A DNA stretch of 64,000 nucleotides, taken from Paraphysomonas bandaiensis (lineage: Eukaryota; Protista; Chrysophyceae). Location: NCBI GenBank assembly GCA_965644295.1, contig CBFFRP010000434.1, positions 1-64,000 of the forward strand. The letters run 5' to 3'. Within the stretch, counting starts at the first letter, position 1. The number at the start of each line of letters is the position of its first letter. The position numbers and the translations under genes are program-made. Of this stretch, positions 1 to 12,619 are shown one piece after another. The notes beneath the pieces were generated by a model, which was not told the DNA's origin, searched no databases, and was given only the letters and a program-made list of their open reading frames with translations.

Positions 1-704
1 AATAATATCATAGATACCATTTTAATGCTCATATCATAAGTATGATACATCAGAATATAAGATAGATAATGCATAACAGGTGAATCTTAATGATTATAAT
101 CAATATAGATAGTATTGTATACCTGTCACCTTGAAATGCTTGAAAATCATGAACAGCTTAATATTAAAATGCTTTCTGTTGAATGTCTACATGACAACAA
201 TGAAAGAACAGATGAAACATATTAAATCACTGGACTATAGGACCAGGTAAAATACAAACGCTGAACTGATAATTGCATATATCGCATGAAAGTGCGCAAT
301 GCAGATTAAGATAATCGGTGCCTCTATAATAGTAGGGCAGCAGAGTTAAAACTCTGATTGTGAGGCTGTTCTACCAGTGGAACAAAGCCAGCACTATTCC
401 ATACTTGTGGAAATAAAAGATATATATATGCCAATGAGGGGGCTGTACCATTTGAATAAAAGATGCCTGCTAATGAACGGCAATAATATGACTGTGAATC
501 CGACTGCTGTGCCCTATGCGGGGAGCTTGTCGACACGTCAAATAATGAACTCAACAGGACTATTAACTATATCCTGAGGTAACACTATATATAGAGAGGA
601 GAACTGTTCTCTCAACCGAATCATCGTCGGGAGGTATACGAGCTCCTTCAACAATAGACTTCGATGGAGCGACCGTCAGTCTGAGGGGTCATATCGAAAG
701 TCGG

Positions 705-1500
705 CTATAACGCGATTTCTGAGGTAGCTGGCTCGTTGGCTGCTCCAACAGATTTCTCGTCATGCACAATAACATCGGGTTCGGAACTAAGTTTAGAGGG
801 GTCATTCCCGTCGGTATCATCCTCGTGGTTAAGTTCATCGTCGGATTTATCATAAATCCGCTCCCGTAAGCCTGGAAAGGTAAAAGAATGCTGAATGAAT
901 TGAACAGTCCGTAGTATCTAGAACCATATAATCCATACATGTCCTGAGATATCACAATATTGGGAGGAGATACTGCTCTCAACCATACACAGAGTACTGG
1001 ACGGAAGAGATCAGCACTCAATAATTCATCAGATAGATAAATATAAAAGCACATAAGTCCTGATTGAAGTGCTCTACTGTAAGCCGATATACATGATACG
1101 CCAAACAGAGTAACAAGAACAAATAAATGGTGTATATCTATTATTCATAATACATCACCGAGAAAGAAGCAGATGAAGATAACAACCAATGTAGGACATA
1201 TATATGTGCTACACGAACAGAGCAACATCCTTTGGGAACACATATTGGAGTACAAGCTTTTGTGCACAGTGAAACCTTTGTGGATAAGATAAAGCAACCA
1301 TTATCAATGAACTTCTTGATAAATAACTACTTCCGTTGAATAAAGAGAAGAGAATCCATGCTCTCAAACACAACTGCTGTGCGAGGCCAACATATGACTC
1401 ACAACAAGCGATCTCTACTGCAGTGGGTTGACTCCTGAGAAGGGGCGAATAGTAGTCATCGAAAGAATATTCAATAGCCATCGCACTGTGAAGTCTAATC
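705..1500 (-). pseudogene. Frameshifted 3' part of a probable membrane-protein gene (or error-rich sequence)
   Basis: Minus strand gives hydrophobic stretches (CPTLVVIFICFFLG) and an acidic tail FPGLRERIYDKSDDELNHEDD...SEIAL* ending at 705; the frames do not join cleanly. Confidence 0.25.
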
Positions 1501-1507
1501 ATCGGTG

Positions 1508-1741
1508 TTCTATGTAGCAATGAAATACAGACATACATGACTACAGTATAGGGAGTATTATTACAAGTATACAAAGAAACTGAAAATATAGTAGCTGTTA
1601 AAGATATGATTTGTAGAACAGAATGTTGATGTTGGTGAATGACGTGGTTCCTAACTCACAGGGCTACAACATCATAAACTTACTATATCTCCTATAATAT
1701 CAATCAGTCAATATTGCACTAACTAAAAGCGTAAATTAATA
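1508..1741 (+). repeat. 5' LTR (first ~72 bp missing or garbled)
   Basis: Matches 6413-6647; last ~180 bp identical, a few small differences at the 5' end. Confidence 0.92.
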
Positions 1742-4700
1742 TGGCAGCGGATGGAAATTTCACGAATGTCGCCCAGGCTCAAAGGTACCTCCCTTCGAGG
1801 AACTGAACTTCAAGAAATTCAAGAAGTTCTTCACCTCATTCCTCATGAGACACAATCGAGCTCATCTTGTCCTCTCAGGGTGATAAACCAAGGCACATTC
1901 ATGATCTAGACTTCCACAGTCCCAGCGGGAGCTCATATGACTGATGCACAGAAGAAGCGACTACGCAAAGCGAAGAAACTCTGGAACACTCCGGAACGAG
2001 ACCAGCGTACCTCCTTCCTGATGGAAGTGTGCAATGCGCTCACTCCAAAAGCAGGCACAACAGCGGCTCTCTCACGAAGGAAGTGACAGCAAAAGGGTTA
2101 CTACAGGCACTGGAAGAGAGATTTCTCAATCGTTGAAAAGAATACAGTACAGGCAGAGGTCACAAAGTTCAATTCAATGAAGATTACCTCAAGTCAGTCA
2201 GGAGCAGAGCCCGTCGACAGCGTTGAAGCCCAGCGCCAAGACGCTCGAGAATCTAGGTCGTGAAGCTCGTCGGAAGACGACAAGCTCACTCGACTAAAGG
2301 AAGGTCTCACAGACAAGAGAGACTCCCAACTAGCACACACAGCCTGTACACAGGCAAACGATGTGACATACGCAAGAGCAAGCAGCCTAATCAAAGGGTA
2401 TGAAAAACACATCATTCGGCAAGCATGCGTTGCAAAATTCAGGGGGACAGACAGTGTCAATCAAGCAGTGGATGACAGTAAATGGAAAGAGCACAAGAGA
2501 AAGGGCAGATGCAATAAGTGCAAGAAACTTCGGCCACTTTGGCCAGGAGTGCAAGACTCCAGTAGCACGTCATAAAGAGGATGAAGGGGACAAGATCACA
2601 GAGAAAAGATAGAGACCACAGAAAACAGGGGTGATAACATAAACAAAGCTACCTGTGTGTGAGATATGGGAGATCCCAGGCCATCAGACTAAAGACTGCT
2701 TCCACTTGAAGACTGCTAAAGCTGCAGTGGTCTGCCTCTAAACGGGGGCGAGACCTCAGGAAGGGAAACGGCAATCTCTACAAGAACAAGAAGAAAACCG
2801 CGAGTGTCTGTACATGATTCTGAAGATGAAGCGGGATACGAATCGAATCGATATGTGTGGAAGAAGAGTGCGAATTCATAGCACAGAGCATGTCAGATGT
2901 TATTTATTTAGACAGCGGGTGCAACAAGATGATCCTTTACCTCCAAAAACCACATGACCATCCCTTCAGCGCGCTGATAGGCAGATGTCCGCATGCGAAC
3001 AAAGTGTAAACTGTCAATACACAGTGTTGGCGATGTGGAAGCTTTAAAAAGGTGTACTACGCACCTGAAGCAAGTAAGAACCTCGTAGATATGAAGAGCA
3101 TCACAGATAGGGTTGTGTTGTGACGTTCGATAATGATGAAGTCGTCATTCGAAATAAGACTACGAACAAGACACTCATTAGACAGAGAAGTGTTAATGGA
3201 TTATATCCAGTTCGACTCGAAGACTTACTTCAGCTTGGAGAAGAATCCTCAGCAGCACTTGAGGAGCAGGGGTTTGATGACCAGCGAATTCTATGGCACA
3301 AAAGACTTGGCCATGTCAACTATGATAAACTGACTGAGTCCGACTGCCGAGGCCTAGTTGATGGAATAAATCTGGACAAGAAATATTTCAGAAAAAAACA
3401 CAAAAACGATATGCAAATGTAATACCTGCATGCGATCGAAACTCACGAGAAAGAACTTCAGGACTCCACGCCAGTTGATGAACTTAGACAACAACCCAAA
3501 GGAGAGAGGGGTGCTCAGTGCAGATACGATGGAAGTCCTAAACACGCCATCGATGGAAGGCTACAAACATGTGTTACTATTCAAGCACAGTGATGCAAAA
3601 CATGTATGGGCTTATGGGTTGAAAAACAAGACTGGGAGTGAAGTGTTAAAGTGTATGAAGGACATGGTAGAGACCCAACTTGTCAAAGAAGGATTGCAAC
3701 TACGACGATATCATGCAGATGGCGCAGGAGAACTAGTAGGGCAACATGTCAGGCAAGTACTGCGTGAAACCACCAGCACAAGGACTGTACAGGTTACTTG
3801 GACTCCACGTGACACACCCGAAATGAATTCGCTATCGGAACGCACTAATCGTACAGTGAAGGAGATGGCCCTTGCTATATTGCTCGATAGTGGCATGCCA
3901 TCAGTATTTTGGTTCAAAGCAGTCTTGCATGCTGTATATCTGATCAACAGGTTACCTACGAAGACAACGAAAGGATAGCATCTCACCTTTTGAGTATATT
4001 ACTGGAACCGCACCAGATGTGAGTGACTTGAAGATCTGGGGCTGCAAGGCATGGGCTATTGTGCCGAAGGAGCAGCGCCGCAAAGAGTGGAAAGAAAAGG
4101 GAAAACCTGGATACTATATAGGACAATGTCAACAACCTGTTGGACACCAAATATATATTCCAGACCTGAATGCTATTATTGTTGCAGTCAATGCACAGTT
4201 TGATGAGTCAATTCCAGAGCGTTCACAGGAGTATTTCGACGAAATAGATAATCTACAAATCGACACCTCAGAAACAGCAGAGAGTGTAAATGACTATCAG
4301 TACCTGGTGGGCCTCAGACATCTTGATGGACACCTGTGTTATGTTACCACCAGAGTGATAGAGAGAAGAGGAGTCATTGTTGCATATAGGAGATTAGATA
4401 TGAAAGGAAATACTACCGAGGAGCAAACTCCAATTCATATCAAAGATGTAGTAAAGATGACTCACTCTACAAAGTGTCAGACCGACAAGTTTAATAGTTT
4501 GCGAAATGAGTTGGATCAGACTTGTAATGACAGTGACAATGAACAGAGGACTCCTGACCGCTCAAATCGGGGCGCATCTTCAACAGGTGGGGCAGATCGA
4601 AATCCCAGAACTGAAAAACGACCTCGAAAAAAACGGCACATTGTTAACGTTGGTGTCCTCGGCGATGTCTCATTGTTTCTTGATTCCTCCAACAGCACAA

Positions 4701-6292
4701 TTAAAGAGCCACAGACGCTGGCAGAAGCAAAGAAGACTCCACAGAGAACATACTGGATTGAAGCTACCAGGAAGGAGGTGCACAAGCTTGAACGAAGGAC
4801 ATGCTGGAAGATTGTCCGAAGGCCGAAACACCGAAAAATCATAAAATCTAAATTGGTCTTTAAAGTAAAGCGCGACCATCTTGGAAAAATTAAGAAGTTC
4901 AAAGTTCGACTTGTGGCGAAAGGGTTTACTCAAGAACAAGGAGTCGACTATAATGAGACATTCTCCCCAGTAGCTAAAGGTGTATCATTTAGGCTAGCAC
5001 TGGCACTGGCTCTGCGATACAATCTGCAACTCCGTCAACTCGATGTAGAAACGGCATTTCCGTATGCAGATCTGGACGAAGACGTGTTTATGTCTCCACC
5101 TGCAGGAATAGATATTCCACAAGGCTGTTGTTTGAAGATTCTGAAGAGTTTGTATGGCCTAAAACAAGCGCCTCGAAATTGGCATTCAATGCTGAAGGAC
5201 AGTATAAAGGCGATGGGGTATAAACAATGTGTTCTTGACCCATGTTTATTTGTACTCAAGGGTACTGATGATAACCTACATATGATACTTGTGTATGTAG
5301 ATGATATCATTGTGCTCAGCTCTGACAGCCGTCATATTGAAGAAGTCATCAGCGCCTTTAAGACTCAATATGCCATGCAAGATATGGGGGACCTTAAGCA
5401 TTATTTAGGTCTTACCATTGAGCGTCATAATGGCCAGATTAAGTTACATCAGTCTGCATATGCTAAAGATGTTGTGGCCAGATTCAATCACTTGTTGTCA
5501 GAAAAGAAGAGACGGTGCAAGGCAACCACACCTCTACCACCTGGCCTAAAGTTGTCCAAGGATGCAAAAGAGGAAGAAACTCGAAAACAGAGAGAATACG
5601 TTGATGCATTTCCCTATCAATCTGTTATTGGTGCCTTAATGTATTTGGCAGTGCATACTAGACCAGACATGGCATATACAGTAAATCTTCTCTCCCGGTT
5701 CACCACAAGACCCACGTACGCTGCATGTCAAGCTGCTCTGCATACTTTATTGTATTTAGAAAATACAGTTGATCAAGGTATCATATTTCCTAATTTCACA
5801 GATGAAGACCCTCTATGTGTGTACTCTGATGCAGATTGGGCCGGAGATCTGGATACATGCAGATCCACTACAGGGTATATCGTATATCTGTGGGGTGCTC
5901 CAATTGCATGGCAGTCCAGACTGCAGCCAACAGTGGCTACGTCGACTATGGAAGCTGAATATATGGCTGCATATGCTGCAATTCAGGAGATTGTATGGAT
6001 ACGAGGGGTGATGACAGAGCTCGGAATTCGTGGATTTGAGCTCAGTAAGAATGCGTCTCCAACAATCTTGAATATGGACAGCAAGAGTGCGATTGATCTA
6101 GCTCAGAACCCGGTAAATCATAAACGTTCCAAGCATATTCGGATCAAGTATCATTGGATTCGAGAGCAAGTGGGAGGCTGTATCGTCAGGCTGAATCATG
6201 TGCCAACGGCAGAGATGACAGCAGACGTGATGACTAAAGCCTTGTCCGAGAAGCTGCACTATCAGCATGTGCACACTATGGTATCGCACTAA
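1741..6292 (+). pseudogene. copia gag-pol polyprotein; frameshifted over 1741-3990, open over 4019-6292
   Basis: Gag NFKKFKKFFTSFLMRH; CCHC knuckles near 2510 and 2660; protease LDSGCN near 2905; LWHKRLGHVN; integrase HADGAGE...NSLSER; RT RLVAKGFTQ, LYGLKQAPRNW, YVDD; RNase H YSDADWAG, KHIRIKYHWIRE. Confidence 0.95.
1742..1750 (+). promoter_or_regulatory. Primer binding site TGGCAGCGG (tRNA-Leu-like)
   Basis: TGG directly follows the LTR end; complementary to a ...CCGCUGCCA tRNA 3' end such as animal tRNA-Leu(AAG). Confidence 0.6.
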
Positions 6293-6330
6293 GTAGACTT
6301 GCTCATCACAGTATATTCTGATATGTTCAT

Positions 6331-6340
6331 TGAGTGGGAG
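6331..6340 (+). promoter_or_regulatory. Polypurine tract (GAGTGGGAG)
   Basis: Purine-rich tract immediately before the 3' LTR. Confidence 0.75.
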
Positions 6341-6647
6341 TATTGAACTACAACCAACTCCTACGTGCGTACTTGAAGTTTGGTAAAGTCAATCGCTAGT
6401 AGTTATCCTGTATTCTATGTAGCAATGAAATACAGAATATACATGACTACAGTATAGGAGTAGCTATTACAAGTATACAAAGAAACTGAAAATATAGTAG
6501 CTGTTAAAGATATGATTTGTAGAACAGAATGTTGATGTTGGTGAATGACGTGGTTCCTAACTCACAGGGCTACAACATCATAAACTTACTATATCTCCTA
6601 TAATATCAATCAGTCAATATTGCACTAACTAAAAGCGTAAATTAATA
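6341..6647 (+). repeat. 3' LTR, 307 bp, TATT...AATA termini
   Basis: Start fixed by the PPT and by the solo LTR at 58699; end fixed by the 5' LTR/PBS junction. Confidence 0.9.
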
Positions 6648-7029
6648 AAGTGTGTTCAGAGTTCTGCAGTAAGGGTCTCAAACGGTCTAACCAGTTCACT
6701 CAGTGCATGTCACAGTAAAGAGAGCAGTGTGATTCTCCTTGCCAATATATAGAAAAACAATCGTACACTATGTTTATAAATTTGAAGCTGTTCTGAGTAA
6801 AGGTATATTCTCGATTCTTCTTGACTTAGTGGTCAATTTCGGTGATATAATTCCTGTGGTAGCGTGTTATATATGTACTTGTGCGCTTAGAGACTGCTTC
6901 TCCATCGCGAGAAAAATCAGCAATAGATGTTATATGTTACGTATAAAACTAATACAATAAACTGCAAAATACTTGCATGGAATTCAAATCTATTATTACA
7001 CCAACTAATTTGACGACCTTCCCAATAAC

Positions 7030-7500
7030 TTACTTCTTGAGTTTAATCTTTCTAATGGCATCACGAATCTTCTGCTCGTTATATCCAAGAATAGTTTCCA
7101 CCTCCTTTCCCTTGGAAAATACTTTAAAGGTTGGCATAGACTTAATTCCACATCTCTTTGCTACATCAGCGGCCTTATCGACATTGCATTTCAAAAATAC
7201 GACGTCATCATACTCAGGATTTTCGGCCAATTTTTTGTAAGAGGGAGCAGCTACTTTACAAGGTCCACACCAAGTCGCGTAAAAATCAATAACAACAATA
7301 GACCTCTCCTTATTAGCTAATACTTCATCCAATCCGTTTACACTTGTAACTGGCTGAGGACCACTTGAGTCATTTTCTCCAGGAAAAGGTTGAAAGGCCT
7401 GCCAGGCGCGGTACAGCAAGAAGAGCATCAGCACCACATGAATAGGGTTCGTCGGCAACTGTGAAATAAATGCTTGAATGGCGTCCTTAATAGATTCCAT
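7030..7500 (-). CDS. Thioredoxin with N-terminal hydrophobic segment
   Basis: VVIDFYATWCGPCK and IKSMPTFKVF motifs; ATG at 7500; hydrophobic IHVVLMLFLLY. Confidence 0.93.
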   Translation of the reverse strand: MESIKDAIQAFISQLPTNPIHVVLMLFLLYRAWQAFQPFPGENDSSGPQPVTSVNGLDEVLANKERSIVVIDFYATWCGPCKVAAPSYKKLAENPEYDDVVFLKCNVDKAADVAKRCGIKSMPTFKVFSKGKEVETILGYNEQKIRDAIRKIKLKK

Positions 7501-8759
7501 TATATAGAAATAAGAATAGGATATCACAAGATAAAAAGTCGGCTGCTATTGATTGTAAGAGTAATATGGAGTCAAAGGCAGCTGTTTTCTGCAACTCAGA
7601 CAGCACAACACAATACAAGATCAACAAACACAGCTGCTGCGTCTCGTATATCATATATGCTGCTGCTGATGGTGGCTTGTGACAGTGTGGCACGATCGTT
7701 TATATGGTATGTATATAGCATACAGCGCACACCATACAGCATACAGCATACCTATAGCAGCACAATACAACTGTATATACGTATGGAGTACAATGATTTC
7801 ATTGGCTACTACTCCATTGTTCGTATGCCTCTTCAAATCTATCATCGCTTTTTCACTCTAATTATGGTCAGTTTACTTGTAGATACTCGTAGTAGTTGAA
7901 CTGCCAGTCCTCGACACTTTGTGTGAGTTACTTTTGCCTTGCTTTAGCATAATTATTAGGGTTCAGCTATTATTGTACCTTAGGATACCAAAATTCATCT
8001 TTGCTGGACATGAAATAGCAACACCGTAGTAGTGAACTCACCTTAGAGAATAAATGGTAGTACAGTGTACCTTTTAGGCTGGTAAGATTATGGAGAATAT
8101 ATACGCTGTACAGTCAGAAATACTCTTCTCTGGCTATTCAGAAATATACCACTCATTCACATTGCATCTGAGTATGATGCCCTTTCACCTGTATGTAGAA
8201 AATTAGCAACAGTTTTTCGTATCATGCACGCAAGATTTATTTCCAAGTTTAGTGCATTTGAGAGACCGGGCTGAGGTACAGTTGACAAATACAAAGAGAC
8301 TGCACGTTTCGACATGGTTAACACTCCATTTATTGGTTGCTGATGTAAGTGAGGACAATGCATGTAAGGAATACACAGGGGTCATATGAATATATACTTT
8401 TATGATGGCCTTATGATTATTAAGTACTCTCTACACTACCGTGCCTGAATTTACGGGTGTATATAGCGCTTGCGAAAATAATTACATTTGCTTGCTACTT
8501 GATTTCAAGCTGTATATTTGACAAGTTTGCAATTTATCATATCTGATAATTAGAAATACTTAACACAAGTACTCATTAATGTAATAGGTTTACAATATAT
8601 CCGGTTTAAAACGTAAATATAATTTTACAACTGCACTTTGATATTGAATACAGTTACATCTACTGCCAATTCTAAGAGGAAATAATATTCAACCCAGCAA
8701 AATTGGTGGAATTATCTAGTCACAATAATTTCGGTGTGGAAATCTAGTCAATAATATCC

Positions 8760-8930
8760 GTATTCATTAGTTGTTGGCTAGATGAATACCATAAACACGT
8801 AAACACCTAGTCAACGTACAACGTAGTCATTGTCAACAAATATTTAATTATTAGATTTTCAGCCCTTTGGCTAGGCTGTTACAGCACCATTTTAGGAGTG
8901 ACTAGAAATTACACCAAATTGACTAGGTCT
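8760..8930 (-). repeat. Dispersed repeat family B (CTAGTCA-rich), copy 1
   Basis: Reverse complement aligns to 57650-57870 (CTAGTCAATTT...CCTAAAATGGTG...GTTGACTAGGTGTTTA...TAATGAAT). Confidence 0.7.
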
Positions 8931-9355
8931 AAGGTCTAATAATATATCCCAATTCTATTGCTTACATTAGAGATTAGAGAATGTTGACAACCAATATTAG
9001 ATAATATTTTGCAATTTATTTAGAGCCCAGAATATTCATACAATTTCGTTAAATTAAACTATATAATAGTTTTGCAAGGCTTACTCAAATTTTTTCGCAT
9101 CTAGTTGATAGAAGCAAATTTATTCGAATTCGCTCATTCTTGTGTGTGGACACTACATTCGACTAACATTATTATCTTATAGAATATGCTTGCAAGAAAC
9201 GGATCTGTTGCACTATATCGTGCTCATGCTATGCTGAACACTCAGCACATAAAAAAACTATGTAGAGTCAAAGAACATTAGTTTAAAAACGCTCGAATCT
9301 GTGACGACATTCCTGTATATAAGTTTCAGTTACAAAGATACTAACTCCGATTGTA

Positions 9356-9698
9356 CTATTTCTTATTATTCTTTGCCAACGCTTCCTGTTGAGCTTGTAA
9401 CTGACTTTCAAATTCTTTGACTACATCCCCAACCACTCCCTGAGCGTGCATATACTTCTTTGTGCAACGGTCTATACACATCATTTCTCCTACTTGTAGT
9501 TCAGTATCAGAATACTTTGTAATGCACTTCTTAGCACATAGTGCAGACATTCTGATTAAAGCGTAAGAGTACAATTCTAACAACGCAACGCCACACTTAC
9601 TTATTGAACATATCTGTATACATCTCCAAGTCAGTTTTCGCAATGAACACAGGAGATGGGCCAGTTGGCTGGGGACTTTCACTCCCGAAAAAATTCAT
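9356..9698 (-). CDS. TIM10: Mitochondrial small Tim chaperone Tim10 (one intron)
   Basis: Spliced product ...EMYTDMFNK|MSALCAKKC...LQVGEMMCIDRC; twin CX3C motif. Confidence 0.9.
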
Positions 9699-9742
9699 TC
9701 CGACAATATAGATAAATGTGCTATTCTTCTCTGCTATTCTTC

Positions 9743-10086
9743 TATGTATGTATGTATGTATGTATGTATGTATGTATGTATGTATGTATGTATGTATGTA
9801 TGTATGTATGTATGTATGTATGTATGTATGTATGTATGTATGTATGTATGTATGTATGTATGTATGTATGTATGTATGTATGTATGTATGTATGTATGTA
9901 TGTATGTATGTATGTATGTATGTATGTATGTATGTATGTATGTATGTATGTATGTATGTATGTATGTATGTATGTATGTATGTATGTATGTATGTATGTA
10001 TGTATGTATGTATGTATGTATGTATGTATGTATGTATGTATGTATGTATGTATGTATGTATGTATGTATGTATGTATGTATGTATG

Positions 10087-10120
<34 letters not shown>

Positions 10121-10759
10121 TGTATGTATGTATGTATGTATGTATGTATGTATGTATGTATGTATGTATGTATGTATGTATGTATGTATGTATGTATGTA
10201 TGTATGTATGTATGTATGTATGTATGTATGTATGTATGTATGTATGTATGTATGTATGTATGTATGTATGTATGTATGTATGTATGTATGTATGTATGTA
10301 TGTATGTATGTATGTATGTATGTATGTATGTATGTATGTATGTATGTATGTATGTATGTATGTATGTATGTATGTATGTATGTATGTATGTATGTATGTA
10401 TGTATGTATGTATGTATGTATGTATGTATGTATGTATGTATGTATGTATGTATGTATGTATGTATGTATGTATGTATGTATGTATGTATGTATGTATGTA
10501 TGTATGTATGTATGTATGTATGTATGTATGTATGTATGTATGTATGTATGTATGTATGTATGTATGTATGTATGTATGTATGTATGTATGTATGTATGTA
10601 TGTATGTATGTATGTATGTATGTATGTATGTATGTATGTATGTATGTATGTATGTATGTATGTATGTATGTATGTATGTATGTATGTATGTATGTATGTA
10701 TGTATGTATGTATGTATGTATGTATGTATGTATGTATGTATGTATGTATGTATGTATGT
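9743..10759 (+). repeat. (TATG)n microsatellite, ~1 kb
   Basis: Near-perfect array with one interruption near 10089. Confidence 0.98.
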
Positions 10760-10821
10760 TTATGTTCTTTCAGTTGAACTTATTTGTTTAGGTTTTTTGG
10801 GTTTATTGAGCTGCTGTTCTG

Positions 10822-12619
10822 ATGAGTTCTCGTAGTAGTGAGAGCAGTTGCGTAGATGATGCGGTAGATCGAGTTGATAGTCGTCAGCGGTCAGTGAGCT
10901 GTCCGGCAGCTCCATCCTCATCCCCCAGTAAGATTATATTTGCTTTAGTTGGTCTTCCTGCTCGTGGAAAGAGTTTTCTCTCCGTCAAGATCGTCTCATT
11001 TCTCACTTGGTTGGGAATTCCAGCTCGAATATTCAATGCAGGTAATAAGAGACGGAGTGTGGAGGGCGCTGTTAAGAGTGGACGGTCGGAGTTCTTCGCT
11101 AATACTAACAGGAGTGCAGTGTCTAAACGCGATCAGATTGCACTGGACACATTAGATGATGCTCTTCAATGGCTAGTTGAAGAGAATGGCTTAGTAGCTA
11201 TGTTTGATGCCACGAATACTACCATAGCGAGGAGGAAGTTGATTCAAGCACATATAGAACAGTGTGGTGTAGTAACGAATCTTATATTTTTGGAATCTAT
11301 TTGTGACAACGAGGATGTTTTACACAATAATCTCCTTCAAAAAGTTCGCAACTCTCCTGATTTTTCAGGTTTGGATGAAGCTTCTGCATTGAATGATTTG
11401 AAAGCACGTATCAAAGCTTATGAGCAAGTTTATGAACCTGTGAGTGATGATGAGGAAGTGTCCTATATTAAAGTTATTAATCTTGCGAGCAAAGTAATAT
11501 GTAATCAAATATACGGCACGATACCAATTCGGTGTGTTCAATTGTTGATGAGCTGTCATGTTGGCCATAGACCTGTGTTTCTTGTTAGAGCGGGGCATTG
11601 CAATGGTGTTGATGATTTGGGAACGTTTCGCGGGGCCGCGCCAGGTAATTTATACACTTTCGTTCTATATGTGTATGTAGTACTTACCTGCTTATTTACT
11701 TTTACGCCATGAATTTGTTGTTTTATTGCAGGTCAACCAGTACCGTGCACCAGAGGTGTGTCGGATGCCGTTCTCGGTATTCCATCTGCGAATACGAATG
11801 ATATGCCTGGTATGGAAAGTGTGTTAGGACCTTATGCTTCGTACGGGCAAAATTTGGATACCAAACGTGGATTTACTTCTCCTACTGCAGCAGCTTCTTC
11901 AACATCTACTCGTGTTACTTGGGATACAATGTATACACACGGACAGAATCTTCATATGCCATCTTCCTTCACATGTAACGCCCATCTTTCCGATAGGGGT
12001 ATATCTTTTTCTATGCGACTTGGAAAGTTTATGGAGGTAAATCAGATATATGTGAGCTGTTTGTTTGTTTTTTGTTCAGCACTGTTTACAGAGTGTATGT
12101 CGCATACATATGTGATGCCCGTAAGCTCGATTTAATTGTTTTTATTTGCAGAAATATCCCACAGCGGTCCCATTTACCAGTACGCTCCCACGTGCAATAG
12201 AGACCGCATATTACCTGCCTAACCGTCCAAACTCAAACCAATCCTGGTCTGCACTAGGAATTCTAGATACTGGTATATGTCATGGTATGTCCGTTTCTGA
12301 TATTCGCGAAAAAATGCCAGTGGAGTACTCGGATTGGGAAAAAGACCCCTTTCACTTCAGGTTTCCAGGTGGTGAAAGTCTCGTGGATATGAATCGACGT
12401 CTTGCTGAAGTAGTATTGGAGGTTGAGCGTGTGCGTGAGCCTGTAGTTGTTGTGTCTCATCTCTCTACAATTCAATCACTAGTTGCCTATTTTACTGGGC
12501 AAGATCCATGCAATATACCTCATATACGTGTTCCACAGCACTCGATACTAGAACTGAAACCATCTATATATGGCTGGACAATGCAGACGATAGAAGAAAA
12601 CATGCTACCTGAATTGTAA
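10822..12619 (+). CDS. PFKFB: 6-phosphofructo-2-kinase/fructose-2,6-bisphosphatase (introns ~11645-11731 and ~12037-12151)
   Basis: VGLPARGKS P-loop, FNAGNKRR, FDATNTT, FLESIC; phosphatase-domain STLPRAIETA, FRFPGGES, VVSH. Confidence 0.93.

Larger units (their letters stand above)
1508..6647 (+). mobile_element. Ty1/copia LTR retrotransposon, near full length
   Basis: Direct LTRs (1508-1741, 6341-6647), PBS, PPT, and copia domain order gag-PR-IN-RT-RH. Confidence 0.97.

Noticed and set aside
3976-3978. TAG in integrase as programmed readthrough or an alternative genetic code
   Set aside because: The downstream protein is in another frame (single-base insertion), and host genes use TAA, TAG and TGA as normal stops
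9716-10835. Long MYVC/HTYI ORFs here and at 17.4, 34.2 and 49.5 kb
   Set aside because: Artefacts of a stop-free tetranucleotide repeat; no evidence of coding function
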